This document shows positions 11,407-24,421 of a DNA stretch of 64,000 nucleotides, piece after piece. Numbering within the stretch: position 1 is the stretch's first letter; every line of letters begins with the position of its first letter. The stretch is from positions 1,821,573 through 1,885,572 of the forward strand of contig OZ316899.1 in NCBI GenBank assembly GCA_973895155.1, written 5' to 3'. The translations under genes were made by a program, and so were the position numbers. The notes beneath the pieces are model-generated. The model saw only the letters and a program-made list of their open reading frames with translations. It made no database searches and was not told the DNA's origin. Source of the stretch: Marsupella aquatica (Eukaryota > Plantae > Marchantiophyta).

Positions 11407-13019
11407 AGAGTGACTTGGAGGAATGTGAAGCAGAAACCGAGGACTGCTTTGCCATAGAGTCCACCTTTTTAGCTTCAATTCCGGAGGAAGCACAAGAGGT
11501 GGACCAGTTGGATGAAATGGCTAAGTGGGAGCTGCACCCGAGACAATGGATTTTCCTCAGGCGTTGTGGCAGAGCCGGCAGGATCCACAACGCCGTATGA
11601 TGAACCCTAAGTATTCCCTGATGGTCAACAATCGACAAACTGAAATCGACAAACTAGTGGAAGTCGGATTCATCACTCCAGTCCTGCATTCAGACTGGGT
11701 GTCTCCAATTGTGATAGTTCCCAAGAAAGCTGGATCCGTTGGTAAACCCAAGATTTGGGTTTGTCAGGATTACAGGAAGTTGAATGAGGCTACGTTAAAG
11801 GACCATTTTCCTTTACCCTTTACTGATATGGAACTAGACATGGTAGCCAGTCATGAACTATACTCATTCATGGATGGGTACTCTGGTTATAACCAAATCA
11901 AGATTAGGCAGGAGGACCAAATCAAGACAGCCTTCATCACGGAATGGGGGATCTATGTCTTCAATCGTATGCCGTTTGGACTCTATAACGCATCAGCTAT
12001 GTTCCAACGATTAATGGTGAACATTTTCCATGACTACTTAAGAAAGTTCATGGAAATCTTCATTGATGACTTTGCAGTATTTGGGAAAGCATCAAAACAT
12101 GCTAAATACCTAAGGAAGACCTTCATGAGATGCAGAGAGGTAGGTCTCAAGTTACACCCAGATAAATGATTCTTTGGAGTAATAGAGGGTGTGCTGCTAG
12201 GGCACAAAGTATCGAAGAAGGGCATTGAGATTGACAAGGGTAAGCTAGCAGTATGGCTTGATATCATGCAACCTAAGAACATAAAGGATGTGAGATCCTT
12301 CTTGGGGTGCATTGGGTATTATCGCCAGTTCATCAAGGATTTTTCCAAGCTAGCTTTACCATTAACCAACATGCTCAAGGCAGGCGCAGAGTTTGAACCC
12401 ACACCAGAAAGAGTAACAGCTATGGTGGAATTAAAGCAAAAGTTAGTGGAGGCCCCAGTCATGATAGCACCAGACTGGAACAAGGATTTTCATGTCTTCG
12501 TAGATGTCTCAGGCTTCTGTATTGGCTCAGTACTAAGTCAACTAGATGAGAAAGGAAGGGACCATCCCATATACTTTGCAAGCCGCCAGCTTGCCGATGC
12601 CAAACGAAACTACTCGACCACAGAAAGAGAAGCATTAGGAGTCATTTATTCCTATAAAAAGTTTAGGCATTATTTGCTAGGGTACAAAGTAATCTTTCAT
12701 ATTGATCATGAAAGTTTGAAGTACCTAGTAAATAAGCCAGACCTTACAGGCAGGGTAGCAAGATGGATTTTGCTATTACAGGAATATGGATTCACACAGG
12801 AGATCTTGTATTACTTTATGACAGTAGGTATAGTAGGTTTCCAGGTAAACTTTACACTCGCTGGTTAGGACCCTTCAGGGTAACCATGAAGTTCTCCAAT
12901 GGCTCCGTGCAATTGGCCAACATTACTGGAGAGGTCTAACCCGTTCGCATTCATTACGACCACCTCAAGAAATACTATATGGACGAAGATGAACTTGTTC
13001 GCAAGGACGCTTCACAATT
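11407..13019 (+). pseudogene. pol: Family-B gypsy pol remnant: RT, RNase H and integrase C-terminal tail; most of integrase is deleted
   Basis: YSFMDGYSGYNQI and FIDDF (RT); VDVSGFCIG and DHESLKYL (RNase H). Near 12800 it jumps to TGDLVLLYD...WLGPFRV, the integrase GPY/F tail. Confidence 0.9.
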
Positions 13020-13032
13020 AAGTGGGGAGCTA
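13020..13032 (+). promoter_or_regulatory. Polypurine tract of the family-B element
   Basis: AAGTGGGGAGCTA immediately before LTR start TGTGATGCC (13033); identical to the family-A PPT at 20037-20049 (minus). Confidence 0.88.
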
Positions 13033-13139
13033 TGTGATGCCTAGCCAGGAATCACTAGGCCAGTTTAAATGATAAAATAAGGAGTAAACCCTGGAAACAC
13101 ATTAGTATAGTAGCAAAAAGATGGAGAATATAAACAATT

Positions 13140-15451
13140 AAGGGTGGCTATGGAACCCGAGCCGAGGCCGGAAGTAAAAACGCCAGGGGAGGGAACACAA
13201 TCAGGGTTAGGGCGCGCTAAGTGCCGGCGGCTATAGGTAATTAATGGGAAGAAAGACCAATCAAGGAGGGGTAAGGATCGATCGCAAGGAATGGTGGCTC
13301 ATTTGCAAGCACAAACTAAGTAGACGACTACGGGAGGCCAACTACTGTCCGCTGCTCAGGCAAGCACTCGGGGTGGAAGTAGATACCGACAATCAACTCA
13401 AGAAGGGTATGAGCAACGTCACTCAAGCTGCTCATTTTTGGGGATGCCTGTTAGAACGAGCAACTGAGTACATTGGGACCTACGAGGACGAAGAATCGGA
13501 GAGAGCCGCTCGAGAACGGCAGGAGCTCGCTCGACTCTAAGTTCTGCAAAAGTCTACCTTCTTAGGAGGAGAACTCATCACGACTGAATTCCTGTGGACG
13601 CCTACTGCCGACAAACTGGACGATCTTCTGTTTTGTGAAGACAGAATAGTTGGCATCCGGGAAGCCATCAACCGCTGCAACGACATACACTGGGAGTTGA
13701 AGGGTAGCACGGAGGGGTGGACGAAGGCAACCGTGCTAGGAGAAACATCCACGGCAGCCGCTATGAAGAGAAAAGGGAACATCAATGAAGAGACCACCCC
13801 TACAAAGAGAACGAGGTTGGCGGCACCAAGGAAGCCAGCCGAGCAAGGGATCAGGAGGCAAGAAGAAGCCAAAGAAGAGGAGGTCAACCCCATCAATGTC
13901 GTTCCGACAAGAGATGACACCTGGAAAGGCTGGGCGGTGACCCTCCCCGAGGAAGTGCAATTACACTTTGCACGTGAAGAGGATGCATGCTTTACGGCTA
14001 TGCAGACTCAGAAGTAGCAAGGCTTCATGGCCGGATCTGGCTTGGAAGCCTTTGTGAAGTTACCATGGCTGAAGCCAGAGGTGCCGGATTCAGACTTATT
14101 AGAATTTTTGGGATCCTGGGAGCCCGAGTCCAATTCCACAAGGGTGTATGGGAAGGATTTCTATCTCACTCCCCGAGTAATTGCCGAAGCATTTGGCTTG
14201 CCGATGGGCAATAAGACCAAAGTTGATACGAGGAAGACCTTGCCTGACAAGGAGTTCCGATCGTTCTCAGGGCCATCAACGAGGAATGGCTTCTTCCGGA
14301 AGACCTGCACCAACCCGCACATTGGGGAGATGATCAATTTTCTTGCGGGTAACCATGCATTGCAACTTGTTGAGGCCAAAGATCGGCAAGGCACAGGTTT
14401 ACCTGGTGGAGAGGCCAGACCCCAGCCGGGACTACAACGGATACCTCCTCACCCAATTGAAGAAAATCTTGAAGGAGGAACAGCAGGTGATTGGCAAGGG
14501 AAGCGTGTCCCAGCTTGGCTATCATATGCCGCTGTTGTGCCGGTATGCCCGAAGTCAGATATTTGCCTTGGTACTTCCCCTGCAGGCAAGAGCACCAGAG
14601 GAGGTTCCAGAACAGAGGCCGGCAATAGAGAAACTGACCCAGTCTGATAGTCCTACAATCGAGCAGGTGTTTAGGCCGAGGAAGGAAGACTTGCCGATGC
14701 AGCAACCAGGCATGCAAAATCTGCTGAAATTGCTGGAGAAGGAAAGGAGAACGGCAACGGCAACGGCAACGGGACCGGTACAGAATACTGCTCCCGAAGT
14801 TGGCCTAAGCCAACTTACCAGGGAAAACCCCTTTACCGGGGCCAAGGAGAGAGGGAAGCCGGAACACGAGCCGGGAGTCCGAATGTATGTAGGAGCCTCA
14901 AGTCCCAAAGCCGAGGAAAAGCAGCCCGTAGCTCCTGGTCGCGATAGAGAGAAGAAGAGATCAACCTGGAAGCCGGAGGAGGAACCACAACCCGTGATCT
15001 GTGAGGCCATGTTCACGGCAAAACCAGGAGAGCAGCGGAGGGAGCCGGTAGTCCAAGCCGCGGAGGAAGCGGTAGAAGGCTACGACAATGATGACTCCAG
15101 CTACGGGTCGGACCATCATGTCCAGGAGTAAGGACCTGTGGCAGGTTCATCCCCACTCTTCCAAGAGTAGTTCAAGGGGACCCCACCCAGCAGAGCAGCC
15201 CCAAGTCTCCCCCACCAAATGTTGCGCCCCCGAGCTTTGACGGCATAAAATAGATGGCACAAGAGTTTGAGGAGCGACTCAGGGAGGAAGAGAGGGCAGC
15301 CCTGGCTAGGGAGAAAGATTTACCAGGGGGAGAATGGCCAGAGCACATCAGGCGGCTTGCAAAAAAACGAAGCAGCCCTCCAGCCACGATAGAAGAAATC
15401 CGCAAGGCGGCTTGGGAACAAAGGCCGCAATGGTTGATGCCAATGACTTTT
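13140..15451 (+). pseudogene. Family-B LTR-encoded accessory ORF, N-terminal and middle part (continues at 30964-31279 and 36844-37953)
   Basis: Stop- and frameshift-broken ORFs 13244-13540, 13697-14017, 14027-14647, 14343-15131 and 15254-15451 form one reading path that resumes after each insertion and ends ...EDQPPLP* at 37951-37953. Confidence 0.82.
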
Positions 15452-18400
15452 TGTGGCGCGTATCCCAAGACCTCTAACCCCAAGAACTACCCTCAACCAA
15501 TCGTAAACCACTTGTTTATGTCCGTCCTCTTGCCATATGGCAGCTATTCGGCTTGGAAACGCGATACTCTTCTTCGATCTAGACTTACCGGACCGATTCT
15601 TTCACTGGGCTTGTGAATCGTGCACAACTGAGACACCTAATTCCTCTTTAACTTCTTCAGGTATATTTGTATTCCGCCCCCGGAATGTACCTCTACGGCT
15701 TAATTTCTTAAGCCGGCTGAAGGTCTTTTTCAGACTGACTCAACCCACACTTCATCGACTAACACTCTCAATCCTCACTTTTCTCTCAGAGTTTGATTGG
15801 GCAGTCTCCAATCAAGACAATGTGATTGTATTTTGCTCAACAGTTCACCCTATCTGACTTAAATCGATCAAGCAACAAATATCACAACACTCAACTCTTG
15901 GATGGCAAGAATCTGCAAACTAGGCAATGAGGCCAACTCAATTCAAACAATTGCTCAGAAATCCAAGGAAACTGGTGGTTTACTGATACCCTGCGGTCTA
16001 GATTTAGCCGAGAGCTTCCTGTGCTCACAACAATACAGATTTACACTAAAGCCTTGACTAAGAAAAAGCCCCCTGAGCCACGCTGCCCAGGTTTTTATCC
16101 TTGCAGCGTATTCAGGAGAAAAAAGGCGGAAATCCTAACCACCACTCACAGCCTTCCACCGCGATAATCTTATTATTAACCAAAAACAAGACTAATCTGC
16201 CTAAGTCGGAAACCCGATAGATCTGGACTTCTAACATTAATCGAACTATTCAAGCCGACAAGGCGCTACTTGCCCTGTCCACATCCTACAACGGCCGCGC
16301 CCTCCTGGTCCAAGCCCTTCTCCTTCTGTCACGTCCTCCTTCCAACTGACGACTGGCCCGCCTTAATTGTCAGATGACCGGTGGTAATCCTGAGCCGTCC
16401 GACTCTGCACCTTCCCCTGTACTTGGCTTTGGCTGACTTCGCTCGGCCACGTTAACTATGGCTTTGGGTTTGGCCTCGGCTTCCTCCTCCTCGGCAACGG
16501 CCCGAAGAGCTTTTGCCTTAACTTCCTCAATCCAAGCCTGCTCCCCGATGCGCTCGGTCTCGAGAACCCATGGCTTTACGTTCTGGGCGTCCATAGAAGC
16601 AGTACCATCGTCTGATCCTGTTACCGCAGCTCCAAGTTGATCCGCAGTACTTACTTCTACCACAGTTGCCTTCAGGGCCACAGTACCGCAAATGTGAGCG
16701 GCCATGCTCTCGACTTCTTCCGGAGTGGCTTTAAGGGGCTTAACTTTATTATCGCCCGACCCCATAAATGTTTTTGCCAAATCTGCCACCAACTGCATGG
16801 CTTTGCCCCCAGTCACGCTTGACAGCAGTGAGCTCGGCTTCGGCTTTGGTTTTACTGTAACTCTGCCTACCATACTCCTGACGGGAAGCCTTTCAGTTGG
16901 TGACCCATATCCTGCTTCGGCATACTTCTTCAATTTCTCCGTTTGATTGTCGGCACGCCTCTGCAACCCGATCATCTTATCCTTGGCCTCCTCCAATTCC
17001 TGAGATACGTCTTCAACTTCATCGTTAAGCCGTAGTATCTCGGCCCTGGCCGTCTTCAGCTCCTCATTTAAGATCTGCACGATCTCCAACTCTTGCTTAT
17101 CTACGGTTGCCTTCAAAGAGTCGTTGATACCTTCCAATTTCGTGACCTCGTCCGTCCATGCCTGCTTTGTCCTGGTTAGCTCCTCTTGAAGCTCCTTGCG
17201 TATCTGTTGAACCCGGTTTAGGTGATCATTGGCCGTTGTGCACATGGCGTCATCATGCTTCTCCCGCATGGTCTCCAACCGGTCGAGTAACTTGTCATAC
17301 TTCCTTTGGGCTTCAGCCAAGGCCTTCTCGCTCTGGGTGGCCTGCTCCTTAGCCATCTTTCTGAGCCTCTCAACTTGGCAATTTAAACCCTGTACTTCTG
17401 CTTTTGAATCGGCTAACTCCAGCTCTATCTTCATCAACTTTTCCTTGATCTGCTGGTCATCCAATTGGTAGTTTCCCAATTGGTTGTTCGCCACTTCCAA
17501 TTCCTGCTGCTTAGCCAAGAGATCCTGCTGTGCTTGTTGATTCACCCTTGAATTAGCCACCTCTGCTTTCATGCCACGAAGCCGAGCGATCACTTCCTCC
17601 TTCTTCAATTGCTCCAATGTCATTGCCTCCTCCAGTCTCGTCTGATCAGCCATTTCTTTTCTAAGAAATGGCCCGGATTCTAACTCGTTGCCGAAGATTT
17701 CTAAGGCTAAGAGTCCACACATGTCTCCATACTCCTTAGCCGGATTCCTTGCATAGTTTGACCTCCCAGGTGATACTGGCATCTGCCATCGAGATCGTCT
17801 CTCCCAAGCCTTTGCCTGTAATTGATCAAAGTGAGTGGGAGGTTCTTACTAAGCCGTCTTATTTCTTCCGGCCACTCTCCTCCTGGTAGCTGGTATTCCT
17901 ATTCTGCATTCTGGGCCCCCCACTCCTTAATCTTCTCATGTAGCCCGGCTTCAGCTTCCTTCATCTTGTCAAATTCCAATGGCGTCACATCTGGTGGAGG
18001 AGATTCTGGTGTTTTCTGGTCCTCCGGCTTGCCATAGAAGACCGCGGGAAGTCTTCTACAAAACCTTCCCATCGTTCTAACTCCTGGTACCGGCCTCTCC
18101 CCGTGATCGACATAGTCGTCGTCGTAATCATCCACATTAACCTGACTACCTAGCATGCCGGCCTCTCCTCCAAAGCCCCCGATCTCTTCCTCTGAATATT
18201 GTTGGGCTGCTGCTGGTTGACCTTCCTCCATGGGTCCCTCCACATGGGCTCTGCTAGAAGCTCTTACTACCGGCCTCTCCTGGCTTTAGCTTACCTCCTC
18301 ATCTATCTCTGAATCCATTCGCTCATCATATTTCTTTCTCTCTTTGGTAGTCATCTTCCTCTCGACCAACTGCATGCCTGCATATGGATTATTACGAGTA

Positions 18401-20036
18401 GGCCGGCGCAACGGATTTCTCACTACATCATATGTTACTACCTCTGGCTCCTTGATAGGGGAATGCTCCCATTCTTGTGTTGCCTGTGTTGCCGACCTCC
18501 TCCCGTGGCGTCGTATGTTTAGAGGCTCCTCATCCTCCTCCACCTCCTCAAGTGGTGCAGTGATCTGCATCCGTTCTTGTATAGGCAATACTGGTTCAAA
18601 AGACTGGCTTCTTGCATATCGGCAAAGTAATTGCAGATGGTACCCTAGTCTGGATATCGCTCCCTCCCCAATGCTCTGCTTCTCTTCGTTTAATGCCTTC
18701 TTCAACTACATTAAGAGATAGCCGTTGTAGTCCCGGCTTGCATCGATATTCTCCACCAAAAATACCTGGGCTTTGCCAATTTATGCTCTCGGCAAGGTAC
18801 AATGCAATGTGACTCTCAGGAAATCAATCAGTTGCCCTATATGTGGGTTGGTACATTGATTCCTAAAAAACCCATTCTTAGTGGAAGGCCCTAGAAATGA
18901 CCTGAACTGGTCATCCGGCAACGTCTTCCTTCCAATTGGTAGAGCAAACACGGCTTCGATAAGCGCAGGTGTTAGTTCGAACACCTTTCCATACAACAGC
19001 GTCGTGTTGGAAGAAGCCTCCCAGCATCCCACGAAGTCCAACAGATCCTCATCCGGTATGTCTACCATCCTCCAGGACAACCTGACAAAGCCCTCCAACC
19101 TAGTGTCATTCATATATCCTACATATTTATTATCCTGAACGGCACTGAAGACCTCATCCTCATCTCTTGCGAACTGTAATTGTAAATTGGCAGGTAACCT
19201 GTCCGCCCACCCTGTCATGGTTTTATCCTCTACAGCCCGATCTCTAACTGGCCCGGATTCCATCTTGATTGGTCTCTCTGACCTAGTTTGCTTTGCTGGA
19301 GTTGCGGATGCCGAACCTCCCTTGCACTTCATCTCTTCAGCGCCTGAATACTCCCCAAGAATAGCTGCCTTCGTCCACTTTGCAGTGTGACCCTTTAATT
19401 CCCAAAGTGGCTGTCGTGCGTTCTTGATTGCCTCCCTGATCCCCACGACCTTATTCTCCCGAATCAGCAATTTGTCAAGCTCCGCACTGGTGGGTGTCCA
19501 CGAGAAATTTTCCAACACCTCCTCCGTATCTACAAATGCCAATTTGTGAATTCCCCACAATCACGCAAGCTCCGCTCGTTCTCTGGCTACGCGCTCTGGC
19601 TCAACGACTTCATACGTAGGTATCAGCTGCCTTGCTTCTTCAAGCAAACAGTCCCAAAACTTCCCTGCCTGATTCACCGTGTTCATTCCACCGAATGCCA
19701 AGAACTTGCGCAATTTCCCAAACCACCTCCCCCGATCGATCGGCAGCTGATTCCACCTCCCTAGGTTGATCGAACAAGCAATTGCACAAGTGTACAGAGT
19801 GTCGGTCCCCTTCCTACGAAGCCGTCTCCTGATGGCTTACCTGATCAAGCCCCGATTAGGTCATAACCCTGATCCTACTTAATCGCGACCGTTGGATCCG
19901 CTCCTATCACAATCTCCCCCGAACACGTTGCAATCGGCTTCGATCCTTATTCCTCCCTTATTCTATCTACCTAATCTTTATTTAGCCATTATTTTAGGCT
20001 TAACTAAGTACTTCATGATCCTGGCAAGGCATCACA
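15452..20036 (-). repeat. Family-A 3' LTR (4585 bp)
   Basis: Begins directly after the PPT on the minus strand; collinear with 26526-30963. Confidence 0.92.
16370..19840 (-). pseudogene. Family-A LTR-encoded accessory protein (3' LTR copy): N-terminal FWGxLLE domain, plant-transposon/PMD-like domain, acidic linker, long coiled coil
   Basis: ORFs 18781-19560, 18286-18705, 17899-18243 and 16370-17782 (470 aa, heptad-rich) lie in series inside the LTR. The domain label is by motif resemblance only. Confidence 0.75.
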
Positions 20037-21353
20037 TAGCTCCCCACTTAATTGTGAAGCATCCTCGCAAACATCTTCAAATTCATACATGTAGTATTTT
20101 TTAAGCCTATCATAATGTACTCTTACAGGATAAATCTCACCCGTGATATTGGCTAGTTGGACTGACCCATTGGAGAACATCATTTCCACTTTGTATGGTC
20201 CTAACCAGCGAGGGTAAAGCTTCCCAGGGAATTTTACGGACCTGTTGTCATACAGTAACACTAGATCTCCAGTTTGAATACAGATTGGTCTTAACTTCTT
20301 ATCGTATCTCTGCTTCATTTGTTCCTGTCGATACTTCAATCTTTCTGATGCTATCAACCTAGCCTCCTCCAATGCTTCTAGTTGGTACAACCTTGCTCTC
20401 CTACTCTCGGCCTCCGAAAGACGTCGTATAGTAACTCGATAAGTGGGAACCTCCAACTCCATTGGTACCAAAGCCTCCTGCCCAAACGTTAGGAAATAAG
20501 GTGTATGTCCCGTAGTCGTTTTGTAGTTGTAAGCAAAAACAGCAGCGTACAGCTTGTCATCCCAGTCATCCTTGTGGTCAGATACCGTCTTGTTCAGTAT
20601 CTTACCAATGATTCCATTTGCACGCTCGGTAAGTCCATTGGCCTTAGGATGATAGGGAGTTGTAGGCCGATGCCGAACCAAGTATTGCTCATTAAGCCGA
20701 CCGACCATATCATTTAGGAAATGAGTCCCCCAATTGCTGACCAGGTCAAGAGGCGCCCCATACCTGGTGAAAATCTGCTTGTATAAAAATCGAGCAGTTG
20801 TAACAGCATCATCTTTCGTCATCGGCCTAGCCTCTACCCATTTGGTGGCATAATCAGTGGCCAGAATGATGTACTTATTCCTCCGAGGATAAGTTTTTGG
20901 TTTCAAAGGCCCAATGTAATCAATCCCCCACTTTTCAAATGCAACAAGGGGTAAAAGTGGATGCAATGGATGTCTACTGGCAGCGCTTGGTCCCCCCGCT
21001 CTTTGACAAGGATCACACTCCTTAATGAATTGATGAACATCCTTGTGTAAGGTTGGCCACCAGTAACCGACATCCAATATCTTACGTGTGGTAACTACTG
21101 GTGCAAAATGGCCTCCGGCCACCTCGCCGTGCATTGCTTCCATTACCTTCCGGGTTTCATCCCTCTCCAAACATCTCTGGAGATTACCATATGCTCCCAA
21201 TCTATGCAACACTCCCTTGATGACCTGATAACGTGCTACTTTTCGCAAAAACACAGCCTTCTGCTCTCTGGTCCATGCCGTATTCAGTCGTGCTGTACTA
21301 AAAAATCCCAATATCTCAGGGTACCAAGTATTCGAATTCTTGATCTGAAACAA
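20013..21353 (-). CDS. pol: Integrase domain of family-A pol (HHCC, DDE core, GPY/F tail)
   Basis: GGHF...CDPCQR, WGIDYIGP, NGLTERAN, WLGPYKV. The second catalytic Asp motif reads SNWGTHF (mutated). The ORF runs through the PPT and 24 nt into the LTR. Confidence 0.92.
   Translation of the reverse strand: MFQIKNSNTWYPEILGFFSTARLNTAWTREQKAVFLRKVARYQVIKGVLHRLGAYGNLQRCLERDETRKVMEAMHGEVAGGHFAPVVTTRKILDVGYWWPTLHKDVHQFIKECDPCQRAGGPSAASRHPLHPLLPLVAFEKWGIDYIGPLKPKTYPRRNKYIILATDYATKWVEARPMTKDDAVTTARFLYKQIFTRYGAPLDLVSNWGTHFLNDMVGRLNEQYLVRHRPTTPYHPKANGLTERANGIIGKILNKTVSDHKDDWDDKLYAAVFAYNYKTTTGHTPYFLTFGQEALVPMELEVPTYRVTIRRLSEAESRRARLYQLEALEEARLIASERLKYRQEQMKQRYDKKLRPICIQTGDLVLLYDNRSVKFPGKLYPRWLGPYKVEMMFSNGSVQLANITGEIYPVRVHYDRLKKYYMYEFEDVCEDASQLSGELCDALPGS
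20037..20049 (-). promoter_or_regulatory. Polypurine tract of the family-A element
   Basis: AAGTGGGGAGCTA on the minus strand, immediately followed by TGTGATGCC. Confidence 0.9.
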
Positions 21354-24300
21354 TTCCTCATCCGGAAAACAGTCGTCAATGCAATCTGTTGCTGGGTCAC
21401 CTGGTACTCTGGAAAAGAAATCAGCATTTGCGTGTAACTTTCCAGGTTTAATCCTTAATTCGTAATCAAATTCCTACAATAGAAGTATCCATCGGGCCAC
21501 TCGTCCTGTAAGATCCGGCTTATTTACTAAGTACTTCAAACTTTCATGATCTGTATGGAAGATCACACGGTACCCCAATAAGTAATGTCGAAACTTTTTA
21601 CATGAGTAAATGACCCCTAACGCCTCCCTCTCTGTAGTCGTGTAGTTCTGCTTGGCTACAGCTAAATGTCGGCTTGCAAAATAGATGGGGTGGTCCTTTC
21701 CCTTATTATCTAACTGACTTAGAATGGAGTCGATGCAGAACCCTGAAACATCTACAAACACATGAAAATCCTTATTCCAATCAGGTGCCATCATGACGGG
21801 TGCTTCAACCAACTTTTGCTTTAACTGTATCACAACCGTAACCCGTTCAGGTGTCGCTTCAAAATCTGAACCTGTTTTGAGCATGTTGGTTAACGGAAGT
21901 GCTAGCTTGGCAAAATCCTTGATAAACCTGCGATAGTAACCAATACAACCCAAGAAAGATCTGACATCTTTTATATTCTTGGGCTGCATGATATCGAGCC
22001 ACACGGCTAATTTTCCCTTATCAATTTTGATTCCCTTCTTGGATACCTTGTGTCCAAGCAGGACACCCTGAGTTACTCCAAAGAAACATTTATCTTGATG
22101 TAGCTTCAATCCCACCTGTCTGCATCTTTCAAAGGTTCTTCGTAAGTACTTGGCATGTTTGGACGCCTTCCCAAACACAGCAAAATCATCGATGAATATC
22201 TCCAGGAATTTCCTTAGGTAGTCGTGAAATATGTTAACCATCAACCTTTGGAACATAGCTGGCGCATTACACAATCCGAAAGGCATCCGGTTAAACACAT
22301 AAATTCCCCACTCCGTAATAAAAGCGGTTTTGATCTGGTCCTCTTGCCTGATTCTGATTTGATTATATCCAGAGTATCCATCCATGAAAGAATACAACTC
22401 ATGGCTAGCTATAGTGTCTAGCACCATATCAGTAAAAGGTAATGGAAAATGATCCTTCAAAGTGGCGTCATTTAACTTTCTGTAATCCTGGCACACCCTT
22501 ATCTTCGGCTTGCCATCCGGTCCTGCCTTCTTGGGTACAATGACAATAGGAGACACCTAGTCTGAATGGAGAACTGGTGTAATAAAGCCGACCTCCACCA
22601 ACTTGTCGATTTCTGCTTTTACCAACAAAGAATACTTTGGATTCATCCTCCTCATTGGTTGCCTAAATGATTTGACTCCCAACATAAGGTCAATCCGATG
22701 CTCCCCCAATTTTGGGTCCACTCCTTGTAAATCAAGGTGACTCCAAGCAAAAACATCCTGGTATTCCATAAGTAACTCACTGATTTCCTCTTCGATTTTG
22801 GGAGCAAGATCCCTACCCAGATTTACCTCCCGACCCTCTCCCAACTTGAGCTTCCTGTATTGCTTTGATTGAATCATGTTGATTTGCTTCTTTAGATTTG
22901 GATCTAGGTTTGCTTCCAACCTGTCCAACCTCATTCCTCCATATACTGGAATTTTGGGCTCCGTGGTTGCTTCTATCACCTCCGCTGTTGTCTCCCCACA
23001 GGAAGAAGTAGCTTCTTCAATGATGGTGTTGATTTCCACTAGAGTAGATCCGTTCGGTTTCGGCTTCCCTTCTAGCCTTAGCATTTTCAACCTCATTTTT
23101 TTAGTAGCCGGTCGATACCTTAGCTCACTCGGAACAATTGACTCCAAACATGCTTTATTTATTGTGACAGCAGGTACCTCTGATCGAATTGACTGCAACG
23201 CCTCCTGATTTGTCTGCGTAGCTGCCTGGTCTGCCGAGTGAGTCTTTGTAAGCGGAGTGACCTTTTCATCAACCAGCGCTGCCAACTCCGGCCACTGTGC
23301 CACAGCGCTTGATGAAAATCCACCATCTTGGCATTGGGATCCTTGGATAGAACAAGTTCCTCCACTTGGACCTGTGATTCGGCTTCTTTATCCATGATGA
23401 TGGATTCCAAAAAGGCGGCCTCAATTGCAAAGCAGTTGTCAGCCGAGACTTCCTGGCATTCTGAATCGCCTTCCTCTATGATAGGTTCCATGCGACTCTT
23501 CCTTGCTAACATTAGTGGGATTGAAATGGGCTCTTCCTCAATCTCCGGAATGATTGGCCGCATGGAATCTGTGTCTCCCTTCCAAAGTCCGCTGGGAGGT
23601 GTGTCAGGTCCAAACACACTCGCTTTTGATACCCCTGATAAGCATTCTAGCCAACGCACATCATTGGCAGATTCTAACCCAGTATCATAACCGTCTGCTT
23701 CACGAATCAACCTGGCTGCTTCATCCTCTACCTCCCATGACATGGTAATAGGTGGAGTTCTGAATGTAAACTATTTTGTGCCCCAGTTTTCCATAACTTT
23801 CGCAAGGTACAACCAGGGTCGTCCTATCAACACCCGAAATGAGGTAGGGTTCATCGGCTTCATCACAATGTAATTGATGCTGAATGCGATACCACCAATC
23901 TCCGTGCGTATTCCTTTAAGAATGCCAGTGGGAACTACCTGATAGCCATTGGCCATATTCAGCACCCTTCCTGTTAATTCTGGTTTGAATCCCCAAGCCG
24001 CCGCTGTTGAATCAATGAGTATGCATACCCCAGACCCTCCATCGATTGGTACATGCATAATCTTTTCTTTATTGATGATGACTGGTAAGCAAGGGGCTCC
24101 CCTATCCTCCTGAATCATCATGACATCCGTACGAGTGGCTACTCTAGGAAGCCTCGGCTTCCCAGCAATGACTTTTTTCAACTGCTTCCAAAAATATGGG
24201 CTATTTTTTAATAATTGACCCACAGTAGCCGTAACGCGTGATTCCAACACATCCTTTGCCAAGTTGTATGGCACCAGCTGTTTCTCTGTGTCATCCTCCT

Positions 24301-24421
24301 GGGGTAGTTTAATTGCTCTAAGAGGATTCTCCTGAGTTGGTAATGATTCTGGTTCCTTTGGTTCTAGAGGTGTGCTTGGTGAAGTCAGTGGTGACACACT
24401 CCTGTCCTCCACTATTCTCAT
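21354..24421 (-). pseudogene. pol: Family-A pol: aspartic protease, spacer, RT and RNase H, with premature stops
   Basis: PR HVPIDGGSGVCIL; RT VCQDYRKLN, YSFMDGYSGYNQI, FIDDF; RH VDVSGFCID. In-frame stops at 23771, 22557 and 21474, plus a frame break near 23300. Confidence 0.92.

Noticed and set aside
16370-17782. Host myosin/SMC-like coiled-coil gene
   Set aside because: It lies wholly inside TSD-bounded LTRs, is present in every LTR copy, and has no motor or ATPase motifs.
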